Below the pieces are notes generated by a model. The model was not told the origin of the DNA. It did no database searches and saw nothing but the letters and a program-made list of their open reading frames with translations. Positions 20,066-29,146 of a stretch of DNA of 64,000 nt are shown in pieces. The translations under genes and the position numbers were made by a program. Each line of letters opens with the position of its first letter. Position 1 is the stretch's first letter. This DNA comes from Gemmatimonadota bacterium (lineage in GTDB: Bacteria > Gemmatimonadota > Gemmatimonadetes > Palauibacterales > Palauibacteraceae): assembly GCA_039584815.1 (NCBI GenBank), contig JBDGXC010000002.1:89508-153507 (forward strand). The letters run 5' to 3'.

Positions 20066-20754
20066 TGCGCGTCCGGGCGAGTCTGGAGCGCGGCCTGCGA
20101 AGGGTCGTCGATCCGATCATCGACTGGATGGTCCAGGCAAGGGTGCACCCGAACACCCTGAGCACTCTCGGCTTCCTCATCACGTGCTCCTCGGGCTTCT
20201 TCTTCCACTCGCACCAGGTGCGCACGGCGGGCGCCCTGATCCTCGCCGGCGGCATATTCGACCTGTTCGACGGCACGGTGGCGAGGCGCACCGGGCTCGC
20301 GTCTCCGTTCGGCGCGTTCTACGACTCGACGCTCGACCGGCTGTCCGAGATCATCGTCTACGCCGGTCTCCTGTCGCTGTACAACGATTATCGGGCCGAC
20401 GCCAACGACGTGGTGATGATCTACGTGGTGATCCTGGCGATGGCCGGATCCCTGATGATCAGCTATACGCGGGCCCGCGCCGAGGCGCTCGGCATCGACT
20501 GTACCGTCGGGCTGATGCAGAGAGCCGAGCGGGTGATTCTGATCGGTGCGGCAGCCCTGCTGTTCGGAGAACAGGGAAACGGGGCGGTTCTTCGCATCGT
20601 GCTGTGGGTGCTGGCGATTTCCACCAATTTGACGGTCGTGCAGCGCATCTGGTGGGTGTACCGGAACACGCGACCCGAGGGAATCGCGGTCGGCGCGGCC
20701 GTGTGGAGAATGCCGGAATGGCTCCGTCGTAAATTAGACAAAACAGACAGTTAA
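20062..20754 (+). CDS. CDP-alcohol phosphatidyltransferase (phosphatidylinositol-phosphate synthase-like)
   Basis: DLFDGTVARRTG..G..D..D motif (D-G-x2-A-R-x8-G-x3-D-x3-D). Multiple TM helices. Immediately upstream of the inositol-3-phosphate synthase gene. Confidence 0.75.
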   Translation: MMRVRASLERGLRRVVDPIIDWMVQARVHPNTLSTLGFLITCSSGFFFHSHQVRTAGALILAGGIFDLFDGTVARRTGLASPFGAFYDSTLDRLSEIIVYAGLLSLYNDYRADANDVVMIYVVILAMAGSLMISYTRARAEALGIDCTVGLMQRAERVILIGAAALLFGEQGNGAVLRIVLWVLAISTNLTVVQRIWWVYRNTRPEGIAVGAAVWRMPEWLRRKLDKTDS

Positions 20755-20778
20755 ATACGTTTACCTGAAGTGGATTAG

Positions 20779-22107
20779 ATGATCATGAACGAGCAAAATA
20801 GCGGGCGGCACGTCGAGCCGGCCGAGGGCAGACTCGGAGTTCTTCTCGTCGGCCTGGGCGCCGTTTCCACGACGGTGATCGCCGGCGTCGAGTCCATCCG
20901 GAGAGGTCTCGGAAAGCCCATCGGTTCGATCACGCAGATGAGCACGATTCGCCTCGGGAAACGAACCGACGCCCGGACTCCGCTGATCCGAGACTTCGTC
21001 CCACTGGCCGATCTGGACGACATCGTGTTCGGTGCCTGGGATCCGATTCCCGACGATGCCTACGTGTCAGCCAGCGTGTGTGGCGTGCTCCGCCCGGAGG
21101 ACCTCGAGCCGATAGCCGACTTCATGAAATCCATCCGGCCGATGACGGCAGCGTTCGACCGGACGTACGTGAAGAAGCTCGACGGCCCGAACGTGAAGAA
21201 GGGGGCCAACAAGCTGGAGCTGGCCGAGCAGGTGCGCGAGGACATCCGCCGGTTCAAGACGGAAAGCGGTTGTGACCGACTGGTGATGGTGTGGGCCGCC
21301 TCGACCGAGATCTTCCTGACACCGCACGAGGTGCACGCCACGCCCGATTCACTCGAGCAGGCGATGCGGGACAACCACGAGGCGATCGCTCCCTCGATGC
21401 TTTACGCCTGGGCGGCGATTCAGGAAGGGGTCCCGTTCGCGAACGGTGCTCCGAACCTGACCGTGGATCTCCCCTGCATGCTGGAACTGGCGAAGCGCAA
21501 CAACGTCCCGATCGGTGGCAAGGACTTCAAGACCGGCCAGACGCTGATGAAGACTATTCTGGCGCCCGGGCTGAAGGCCCGGATGCTGGGTCTCGGCGGA
21601 TGGTTCTCGACCAACATCCTCGGAAACCGGGACGGAGAAGTACTGGACGATCCGGAGAGCTTCAAGACGAAGGAGGAATCGAAGCTCGGCGTCCTCGAGT
21701 ATATCCTGCAGCCGAACATGTATCCCGACCTGTATCGGGACATGTACCACAAGGTGCGGATCAACTACTACCCGCCGCGTGGAGACAACAAGGAAGGCTG
21801 GGACAACATCGACATCTTCGGGTGGATGGGCTACTCGATGCAGATCAAGATCGACTTTCTGTGCCGGGACTCGATCCTCGCGGCACCGATCGTGCTCGAC
21901 CTCGCCCTGTTCCTCGACCTGGCGCAGCGCGCGGGCCTGCACGGGGTGCAGGAGTGGCTGTCGTTCTACTTCAAGAGTCCGCAGACTTTGCCGGGACTCT
22001 ATCCTGAGCACGATCTCTTCATCCAGCACTGGAAGCTCAAGAACACGCTCCGCTGGATGATGGGCCAGGAGCAGATCACTCACCTCGGCGTCGAGTACTA
22101 CGACTGA
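20779..22107 (+). CDS. inositol-3-phosphate synthase (myo-inositol-1-phosphate synthase)
   Basis: 442 aa. The conserved MIPS core is present throughout (GLGGWFSTNILGNRDG, NGAPN, SYNHLGNNDG-like region). Confidence 0.9.
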   Translation: MIMNEQNSGRHVEPAEGRLGVLLVGLGAVSTTVIAGVESIRRGLGKPIGSITQMSTIRLGKRTDARTPLIRDFVPLADLDDIVFGAWDPIPDDAYVSASVCGVLRPEDLEPIADFMKSIRPMTAAFDRTYVKKLDGPNVKKGANKLELAEQVREDIRRFKTESGCDRLVMVWAASTEIFLTPHEVHATPDSLEQAMRDNHEAIAPSMLYAWAAIQEGVPFANGAPNLTVDLPCMLELAKRNNVPIGGKDFKTGQTLMKTILAPGLKARMLGLGGWFSTNILGNRDGEVLDDPESFKTKEESKLGVLEYILQPNMYPDLYRDMYHKVRINYYPPRGDNKEGWDNIDIFGWMGYSMQIKIDFLCRDSILAAPIVLDLALFLDLAQRAGLHGVQEWLSFYFKSPQTLPGLYPEHDLFIQHWKLKNTLRWMMGQEQITHLGVEYYD

Positions 22108-22742
22108 GCGCCAGCGGCGGGCTGTTCATCGTCTTCGAGGGAGTCGAAGGGGCGGGAAAATCGACGCACCTTCGTTGGCTGTCCGAGCGTCTAGATCGGG
22201 CGGGAATCGCGCATCTCGTCGTGCGGGAGCCGGGCGGAACTCCGGCCGGCGAGCGCATCCGCGGTATCGTGCTCGATCCGAACACGCCGGTCCTGCCTGA
22301 GACGGAGCTCCTCCTCTATCTGGCGTCGCGGGCCGAGTTCGTGCGGCGCGTCGTCAGCCCGGCTCTCGAGCGCGGTGAGCTCGTACTCGCGGACCGTTTC
22401 GAGCTGTCCACGTATGCGTACCAGGGCATCGCGCGACGTCTGGGACTCGACCGTGTGCGTGCCCTGAACTCTTTCGCCACCGGCGATGTGAAGCCGGACG
22501 GCACCGTTCTCCTTACGCTCGATCCTGAAGTAGGGCGCGGGCGCAAGCGAGGCGAGGCGGATCGGCTGGAACGAGAAGACGTCGACTTCCACCGCACGGT
22601 GGCACAGGCGTATTCGAGCCTGTCCCAATCGGAGGCCGGCGTGATCCGTGTCTCGAGCGACGGCCCGCTCGATGTGGTGCAGGACCGCATCTGGGCAGCC
22701 CTGGCACGGAAATGGCCGGACCGGTTTCCCGGTGCCGGATGA
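22104..22742 (+). CDS. tmk: thymidylate kinase
   Basis: P-loop FIVFEGVEGAGKST, the DRF/ELS region and the lid are all in one frame. No ATG/GTG/TTG lies upstream of the P-loop. The proposed start is a CTG at 22104 overlapping the upstream TGA. The ORF track begins only at the GTG at 22221, which would lack the P-loop. Confidence 0.75.
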   Translation: MSASGGLFIVFEGVEGAGKSTHLRWLSERLDRAGIAHLVVREPGGTPAGERIRGIVLDPNTPVLPETELLLYLASRAEFVRRVVSPALERGELVLADRFELSTYAYQGIARRLGLDRVRALNSFATGDVKPDGTVLLTLDPEVGRGRKRGEADRLEREDVDFHRTVAQAYSSLSQSEAGVIRVSSDGPLDVVQDRIWAALARKWPDRFPGAG

Positions 22743-22837
22743 AACCTTTGGAGAGCGGGAGAGTTTCAGGGTAACGGGTGGGTGGTCGCGCGCGAAGCGC
22801 GCCCGCCCGTCGAGGTGAAACCGTGGTGAGAGGGCCG

Positions 22838-24505
22838 ATGCGCCTCAGACGTTCCTGGATGATGCCGCTGGCCATCCCGCTGGTCGTTCTGGCCAGCGGC
22901 GGCTGGTTCCTGCAGGAAGACGAGCGAATCGCCGTGTCCGAGGCGTTGCTCGAGACCGTCGTGCAGCACGTGGCCGACGGATTCGTCGAGGAGGTGTCTC
23001 CGCACGAGCTGTACGACATGGCGATCACCGGCCTGCTCGTGAACCTCGGAGATCCTTACGCGGCGTACATCGAGGCGGAGGACCAGACGACCGCCCTGCT
23101 CTCGAACAGCTACGGCGGCGTCGGCATGCGCATTCTGGCCGAAGAGGACGGCATCAGGGTCCTCAGCATCATCCCGAACAGCCCGTCGTCGGAGCTCGAT
23201 CTCCGATCGGACGATCGGATCGTCGCGGTGGACGGGGAACCCACTATGGAGTGGACTCAGTCCGAGGCCGTCGGAGCCCTGAGAGGGCCGCAGGGAGAAC
23301 CCGTAGAGGTCTCGGTTCGCCGTGAGGGCGTCGCGGACATGATCCACGTCACGATCGTGCGGGACAACGTGCACATCGTGGCCGTCGAGTCGCTCGTGCT
23401 GGCGGACGACGTGGGCTACGTGGTTTTGTCCCAATTCAGCCGTCTCGCCCGCAAAGAGCTCCAGATTGCGATCAGCGACCTTCTCGCCCGGGGAGCCCGT
23501 TCCCTGGTGCTCGATCTCCGGTACAATCAGGGGGGCATTCTGCGCGAGGCGGTCGAGATTGCGGACCTGTTCCTTGCCCAGGGGGATATGGTCGTGGACA
23601 CCCGGGCCCGGGATTCGCGCGACAGTTACGCTTTCACGACTCCCGGTCCGGACCACTATCCCGGACTTCCGGTGGTCGTGCTGGTGAACGCCTGGTCGGC
23701 CAGCGCTTCCGAGATCGTGGCGGGCGCGCTTCAAGACCACGATCGGGCGCTGGTCCTGGGTACGCGGACCTTCGGGAAGGGCGTCATGCAGAGCGTGTTT
23801 CCGCTCCCTGGAGGCAACTACCTGCGCCTCACGACCGGCACCTGGTATACGCCTTCCGGCCGTTCGATTCACAGGTCTCGCGGCGAGGGAGACGATACCT
23901 TCGCCCTGGGCTCGGAGGAATTCAATGAGGCGGTCTCGGAGGCGGTGCAACTCGGGATGCGGGCCACCGACGGGTACGTGCGAGGCGCAGGCGGCGAGCC
24001 GGAAGGTGAGGAAGAGGCCCAGTCGTTCAGGACGGCCGGTGGACGAACGGTGTACGGGGGAGGCGGAATCCGGCCGGACGTGGTAGTCAGCCCGGACACC
24101 CTGACAACCACGGAACAGCGGCTTCGACAGGTGCTCCTGGAGGCGGACGTGCCGTTCACGGACCTCGCCTTCCGCTTCGCCGTGCGGTACAGCAGGGCGC
24201 ACCCGGAACTCACTGAAGATTTTACCATCACGCGCGAAATGCGGCAGGAGTTCATCTCGTTTCTCGAGGAACGAACGGGGGCGGAGCTGGACGCGGGCGT
24301 CGTGGACGACGCCGGGGACTTCGTGGACTATCAACTGGGCCGCCAGGTCGCCATCGCCGCGTTCGGCGAGGGAGCGGGATTGCGGCGGGCTATCGAGCGC
24401 AGTCGCCAGGTGCGCGAGGCGGTGCGGCTTCTCGAGGGCGTGGCGACCCCGGAGGAGCTGCTCGCGCAGCGAGCGGCGGAACAGGAAACGGGACCGGAGA
24501 GTTGA
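22838..24505 (+). CDS. S41 family C-terminal processing peptidase (paralogue 1)
   Basis: RBS GAGAGGG. N-terminal TM/signal. PDZ domain. Catalytic GxSASASE Ser and TFGKG Lys. Long C-terminal domain. Confidence 0.85.
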   Translation: MRLRRSWMMPLAIPLVVLASGGWFLQEDERIAVSEALLETVVQHVADGFVEEVSPHELYDMAITGLLVNLGDPYAAYIEAEDQTTALLSNSYGGVGMRILAEEDGIRVLSIIPNSPSSELDLRSDDRIVAVDGEPTMEWTQSEAVGALRGPQGEPVEVSVRREGVADMIHVTIVRDNVHIVAVESLVLADDVGYVVLSQFSRLARKELQIAISDLLARGARSLVLDLRYNQGGILREAVEIADLFLAQGDMVVDTRARDSRDSYAFTTPGPDHYPGLPVVVLVNAWSASASEIVAGALQDHDRALVLGTRTFGKGVMQSVFPLPGGNYLRLTTGTWYTPSGRSIHRSRGEGDDTFALGSEEFNEAVSEAVQLGMRATDGYVRGAGGEPEGEEEAQSFRTAGGRTVYGGGGIRPDVVVSPDTLTTTEQRLRQVLLEADVPFTDLAFRFAVRYSRAHPELTEDFTITREMRQEFISFLEERTGAELDAGVVDDAGDFVDYQLGRQVAIAAFGEGAGLRRAIERSRQVREAVRLLEGVATPEELLAQRAAEQETGPES

Positions 24506-24512
24506 TCCAGAC

Positions 24513-26213
24513 ATGACGAAGATGAACAGGTCTTGGGTGCCGGCGGTGGTGGTGACGGTCATGGCGCTGGGCGCGGGTGGCTGGCTGCTTCAGCGGGGTG
24601 CGAGCGCCCAGGAGAGCACGGTGTTCAAGGCCCGCCTCTTCGAAGAGGTGCATCGGCTGATCTCAGAGCGGTACGTGGAGGAGATGGAGGCGTCCGATCT
24701 GTATCGGATGGCCATCGACGGCATGCTCCAGGAGCTCGGAGATCCATACTCCGTGTTCATCGACGTCGACCAGACAGAGGACCTCGAGCTTTCGATCGAG
24801 GGAGATTACGGCGGTCTGGGCATCCGGATCCAGAAGGTGGGTGAGTGGATTACGGTCATGGGAGTGCTTCCCAACACGCCGGCGGAGCGCCAGGGACTCC
24901 TGACCGGGGACCGCATTCTGGGTGTCGAGGGAGAATCGGCGCACGACTGGGACGACCAGGAGGCCGTTGAGAGGCTGCGTGGTCCGAAGGGAAGCCCCGT
25001 CACGATCACGGTCGGGCGTGTCGGGGCAGGCGAGCCCATCGAGTTCACGATCGTGCGCGATGAGATCCACGTACAGACGGTGAAGGCGTTCATGGTGGAT
25101 GACCGGATCGGCTTCGTCGATCTCGACGGGTTCAGTCGTGACGCCCGAGAGGAGCTCCGCGCGGCCGTGGACGATCTGTTGTCGCGCGGCGCCGAGGCGC
25201 TCATTCTGGATCTACGATGGAATCCGGGCGGCCTGCTCGACCAGGGAGTCGCCGTATCGGACCTGTTTCTGGAACCCGGTGCGGACATCGTGGAGACCCG
25301 CTCGCGGCTCGAAGATCAGAACTACACGTTCCGGGCCCCCTCGGACGACGTGTTTCCCGGGCTGCCCGTCGTGGTCCTCGTGAATACGGCGAGCGCGAGC
25401 GCATCGGAGATCCTCGCCGGTGCTCTGCAGGACCACGACCGTGCGGTGATCCTGGGCATCCCCACCTTCGGCAAGGGATCCGTACAGACAGTCTATTCCC
25501 TGCCGGGCGGGAACCACCTGAAGCTGACTACGGCGGGGTGGTATACGCCCAGCGGACGTTCCATCACACGTAAGATGGGTCGTGACGACTCGGTGGAGGA
25601 CCTGGTGCTCGCGGTTACCACGCATGCCGATGCGGCTCGGGGAGTGATCGCGGACACGGCCGGCAAGGAAGTCTTCTACACGGCCGCCGGTCGGTCGGTG
25701 TACGGCGGTGGCGGGATCACTCCCGATCTCATCGTTCCGGATACCACGACGCTCGACGAGCGTGAGTTCGCGCGCGCGGTGGCTGCCGGGGGATTCTCAC
25801 TGAATCAGCTGGCCTTCCGGTTCGGCGTCGAGTACACGAGCCAGCACCCCGACCTCGAGCCCGATTTCGTGGTAACCGAAGAAATGCGGGAGGCGTTTCT
25901 GCTCATGCTGTCCGGAGAGGACGGTCTGGACCTGGATCCCGAGCTCACGGAACGGATCGGCATCCACGTCGATCGCTACATCGAGGCGCAGATCGCCAAC
26001 TCCGCGTTCGGCGAGACCGAGATGGTGCGGCGTTTCGAGTCCTACAGCCCGATGTTCCAGGAAGCCGTGCGTCTCCTTTCCGAGGCGCACACGCCCTCCG
26101 ATCTGCTCAGCCTGGCCACGGCCGACAGCCGCCGCGAATCGATCGCGGGCGAGAAGGGTCCGACCGCCGCCGTGGCGACAACCGGGGAAGACTCGGGAGA
26201 CGACGGCTCGTAG
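24513..26213 (+). CDS. S41 family C-terminal processing peptidase (paralogue 2)
   Basis: Same architecture and motifs as paralogue 1 (SASASEILAGALQDHDRAV, TFGKG). Starts 8 nt after the upstream stop. Confidence 0.85.
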   Translation: MTKMNRSWVPAVVVTVMALGAGGWLLQRGASAQESTVFKARLFEEVHRLISERYVEEMEASDLYRMAIDGMLQELGDPYSVFIDVDQTEDLELSIEGDYGGLGIRIQKVGEWITVMGVLPNTPAERQGLLTGDRILGVEGESAHDWDDQEAVERLRGPKGSPVTITVGRVGAGEPIEFTIVRDEIHVQTVKAFMVDDRIGFVDLDGFSRDAREELRAAVDDLLSRGAEALILDLRWNPGGLLDQGVAVSDLFLEPGADIVETRSRLEDQNYTFRAPSDDVFPGLPVVVLVNTASASASEILAGALQDHDRAVILGIPTFGKGSVQTVYSLPGGNHLKLTTAGWYTPSGRSITRKMGRDDSVEDLVLAVTTHADAARGVIADTAGKEVFYTAAGRSVYGGGGITPDLIVPDTTTLDEREFARAVAAGGFSLNQLAFRFGVEYTSQHPDLEPDFVVTEEMREAFLLMLSGEDGLDLDPELTERIGIHVDRYIEAQIANSAFGETEMVRRFESYSPMFQEAVRLLSEAHTPSDLLSLATADSRRESIAGEKGPTAAVATTGEDSGDDGS

Positions 26214-26261
26214 GAGGTTCCGCCGCGGTTACGGCGTCCTGCGACTCGGGAGGAAGAGACA

Positions 26262-26307
26262 GGCGCCCCGCTGGCCGTTCCGGCCATCGGGGCGCCGTTC
26301 TGTTTGG
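26262..26307 (+). terminator. rho-independent terminator between convergent ctp and HU genes
   Basis: GGCGCCCCG-17 nt loop-CGGGGCGCC, a perfect 9-bp stem. The loop contains an inner GGCCG/CGGCC stem. Followed by GTTCTGTTTGG. Confidence 0.5.
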
Positions 26308-26356
26308 CGGGGGCACGGGTCCCCGGTTGTCCTGCCTTTGTTTCGGACGGCCGCGA

Positions 26357-26650
26357 TTACTCGCGAACCCGGTCCTTCAGGCCCTTGCCCGCCCGGAAGG
26401 AGACGCTGTTCCGCGCGGCGATGGTGATCTCCTGGCCGGTCTGCGGATTGCGGCCCTTGCGCTGCTTCGTCCGGCGCGTCTTGAACGTGCCGAAGCCCGT
26501 GATTGTGACGTCCCGGCCCGCATCCAGCTCGACAGCGATGATGCCCTCGCCGGGCTTCGTGGAGAAGACGCAGTCCATGACCTCCATTGCCTTGGCCTTG
26601 GAAAGGTCACACTTGCCGGCGAGCTTCTCCGCAAATTCCTGTTTCGTCAC
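26357..26650 (-). CDS. HU family DNA-binding protein
   Basis: MTKQEFAEKLA..TITGFGTFKTRRTKQRKGRNPQTGQEI. RBS AAAGGAGACGG. Confidence 0.9.
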   Translation of the reverse strand: MTKQEFAEKLAGKCDLSKAKAMEVMDCVFSTKPGEGIIAVELDAGRDVTITGFGTFKTRRTKQRKGRNPQTGQEITIAARNSVSFRAGKGLKDRVRE

Positions 26651-26704
26651 GCTTCCGTCTCCTTTGGGTGAGAATGAGAAGTGGCGAACACCTCATTTCG
26701 GCCC

Positions 26705-26733
26705 ATTATGTAGCATCCATTCGAGGTTGGCAA
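26705..26733 (-). promoter_or_regulatory. near-consensus sigma70 promoter for the HU gene
   Basis: On the - strand: TTGCCA (26728-26733), a 17-nt spacer, then CATAAT (26705-26710). Predicted 5' UTR of about 48 nt. Confidence 0.5.
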
Positions 26734-26904
26734 GGCAAATCAGCCCGAAACGCAGGGCGCACCGGGGCCGCACACCCTCCGCGCTCGGTCGAGCGCGTTC
26801 GTTCGCGGCCGGCCGGTTTGACGTTCACCGGGTGGGGCGGGAGATTCCGGGCCGGGCACGTCAACACTCGGCGGTTGGTGCCAAACATGGAGGAGGCAAG
26901 CACG

Positions 26905-27405
26905 ATGAGGAAGGCGGTCAGTGTTCGACGTGGGATCCGTTTCGGGCTCCTGACGCTCGTACTGGGAGTCCTCGCCTGCGGAGGGACGAAGAGCGAGGAC
27001 TCGGCGGGTGGCGCTTTGGAGTCGACCGACGTGCGGTCCGAAGGCGCCGCGACGGAGACGGCCCCCGGGCACGTGTCGATGTTGACCGCGGACGAGCTGC
27101 TGGCCCTCCTGCAGGCCGGCGAGAGTCCTGTCGTCCTCGACGTCCGAACGCCAGAGGAGTACGACGAAGGGCACGTGGCGGGAGCCATCAACATCCCGCA
27201 CGATCAGATCGGGGACCGTCTTGCGGAGCTGGAAGCGTACCGGGACCAGGGCCTCGTCGTGTACTGCCGGACCGGGCGGCGGGCCGGCGTCGCGGAGGCG
27301 GAGCTGCGGGCGGCGGGATTCGATCGGTTATGGGACCTCGAGGGTCACATGGTCTCGTGGGTAGGCAATGAGCTTCCCCTCGAAGTGTCCGAGGGCTGTT
27401 GCTAG
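26905..27405 (+). CDS. rhodanese-domain lipoprotein (sulfurtransferase-like)
   Basis: GGAGGAGG RBS. MRKAVSVRRGIRFGLLTLVLGVLAC lipobox. Rhodanese core with the active Cys in VVYCRTGRRAG. Confidence 0.7.
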   Translation: MRKAVSVRRGIRFGLLTLVLGVLACGGTKSEDSAGGALESTDVRSEGAATETAPGHVSMLTADELLALLQAGESPVVLDVRTPEEYDEGHVAGAINIPHDQIGDRLAELEAYRDQGLVVYCRTGRRAGVAEAELRAAGFDRLWDLEGHMVSWVGNELPLEVSEGCC

Positions 27406-28430
27406 AGGAGTCCACGCTGGAAACCAGGCACCTGATCGTAGACGTCAGTCGAGGCTCCGCGGTGGAATCCACTCATCGTGTGCGCGGCGTCGTGTGCGCG
27501 GCGGACGGGACGGACGAACGCTGCGGAGGCGACCACAGCCTGCTCACGTACTGGCGGTCCGCCATGAAGCCGTTCCAGACGATTCCGATTCTGGAAGACG
27601 GAGCAGCACACGCGTTCGAATTCGGCCCCGAGGAGATCGCTCTGTGTTGTGCTTCGCACGGCGGCATGCGGCAGCACACGTCCCGAGTGGCGGAGATGCT
27701 GCGCCGCATGGGGCTGGACGAGGCCCATCTCCACTGCGGGCCGCACCCTCCGTTCGATGCGGATACGGCCCGGGTTCTGACCTGCGCCGGGCGCCTTCCG
27801 CGGCGCCTGCACAACAACTGCTCGGGCAAGCACGCGGGCATGCTGGCCCTCGCCCGCCAACATGGCTGGCCCACCTCTGGGTACGAGCGCCTCGAGCACC
27901 CGGTGCAGCAGAGGATACGCGCCTGTCTGGACCGCTGGATGGACTTCGAGCCGGACGATCACGAGTGGGCCCTCGACGGCTGTGGTGTCCCTACGCCGCG
28001 CATGCCGCTGGCCGAAATGGCGCGGGCGTACTCGCGACTCGTCCGACATGCCCGGGACGGACACGTGGCGGCCCACGCCGTTGTGAGCGCGATGACGACG
28101 CACCCGGAGCTTACCTCGTCGCCGGGACGCGTACCGCTCCAGATCATGGAAGCCACGCGCGGCAGACTTGTGGCCAAGGAAGGAGCCGAGGGCGTGCTGT
28201 GCGTCGCGGCGGTGGACGACGACTGGGGTCTGGTCGTCAAGGTGGAGGACGGAGCGATCCGGGCCGTCGGCCCCGCCACCGTGGAGTTGCTGCGTGCGGC
28301 CGATCTGCTGCGCCACTCCGAAGACGGGGCGCTCGAGAATCTCCGCCGGGCGTCGATTCGCAACACGCTGGAGGAGGAAGTGGGAGTGGTCGCGGCACGG
28401 TCTCCATTGTCCACCGGGGTGTCCTCTTGA
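27399..28430 (+). CDS. asparaginase II family protein (PF06089-type)
   Basis: TTG start overlapping the upstream stop. Conserved blocks VSRGSAVESTHRV, KPFQ, NNCSGKHAGMLALA, and GCGVP. Confidence 0.75.
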   Translation: MLEESTLETRHLIVDVSRGSAVESTHRVRGVVCAADGTDERCGGDHSLLTYWRSAMKPFQTIPILEDGAAHAFEFGPEEIALCCASHGGMRQHTSRVAEMLRRMGLDEAHLHCGPHPPFDADTARVLTCAGRLPRRLHNNCSGKHAGMLALARQHGWPTSGYERLEHPVQQRIRACLDRWMDFEPDDHEWALDGCGVPTPRMPLAEMARAYSRLVRHARDGHVAAHAVVSAMTTHPELTSSPGRVPLQIMEATRGRLVAKEGAEGVLCVAAVDDDWGLVVKVEDGAIRAVGPATVELLRAADLLRHSEDGALENLRRASIRNTLEEEVGVVAARSPLSTGVSS

Positions 28431-29143
28431 ACGATGCGACAGGATTCCGCGCCGGGACGCGAGGAGGCGGGAACGCTGCCGCCGGGACCGGTTGGCGCGA
28501 AGGCCGGCTCACGGAACAGAACGCCCGTGTCCTGGTCCGGCTGTCGGCGGCGCTGGCCGGGGGTGACGACGGGGAGCTCCGGGCGGCGCTGCGCACGGCG
28601 TCAGCGACTGTCCCGGTGACGGCGGTGGAGGAGGCCCTGCTCCAGAGCTATCTGTTCCTCGGTTTTCCGGCGGCACTGTCCGGCCTGGCGACCTGGCGCG
28701 AGGTCTCGGGCAATCCGCCCGAGCAGGACGGGTTCGCAGACGGGCCGACGGAGTGGGCGACTCGGGGAGAGGACGTGTGCCGGATCGTGTACGGTCGAGC
28801 GTACGAGAAGCTGCGCGGAAACGTGCGCCGGGTACATCCGGCTCTGGACCGTTGGATGATCGTCGAAGGCTACGGAAAGGTGCTGGCGCGGCCGGGGCTG
28901 GATCTCGGCACACGGGAGACCTGCATCGTGGCGATCCTCGCAGCGACCGCTCGGGAGCCCCAGCTCCATTCCCACCTGCGGGGCGCACTGCACGCCGGTG
29001 CCCCCCCTGCGCGCGTACAGTATGCGCTCGAGCAGGGACTGCGATGCACGCGCGACGCGGGCTGGGCGGCCCGCGCCGGAGCCTTGTGGGAGCGGGTGCG
29101 CGACAGGGTCGACCGCACGCCGCGAGGCGAAGGGCAGGTCTGA
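28427..29143 (+). CDS. carboxymuconolactone decarboxylase (AhpD-like) family protein
   Basis: TTGA overlap with the upstream stop. CMD-like helices (ETCIVAILAATAREPQLHSHL). The start is uncertain. Confidence 0.55.
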   Translation: MNDATGFRAGTRGGGNAAAGTGWREGRLTEQNARVLVRLSAALAGGDDGELRAALRTASATVPVTAVEEALLQSYLFLGFPAALSGLATWREVSGNPPEQDGFADGPTEWATRGEDVCRIVYGRAYEKLRGNVRRVHPALDRWMIVEGYGKVLARPGLDLGTRETCIVAILAATAREPQLHSHLRGALHAGAPPARVQYALEQGLRCTRDAGWAARAGALWERVRDRVDRTPRGEGQV

Positions 29144-29146
29144 AGC

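Noticed and set aside
26304-27371. 355-aa + strand ORF
   Set aside because: It is antisense to HU and overlaps the rhodanese gene. Low complexity.
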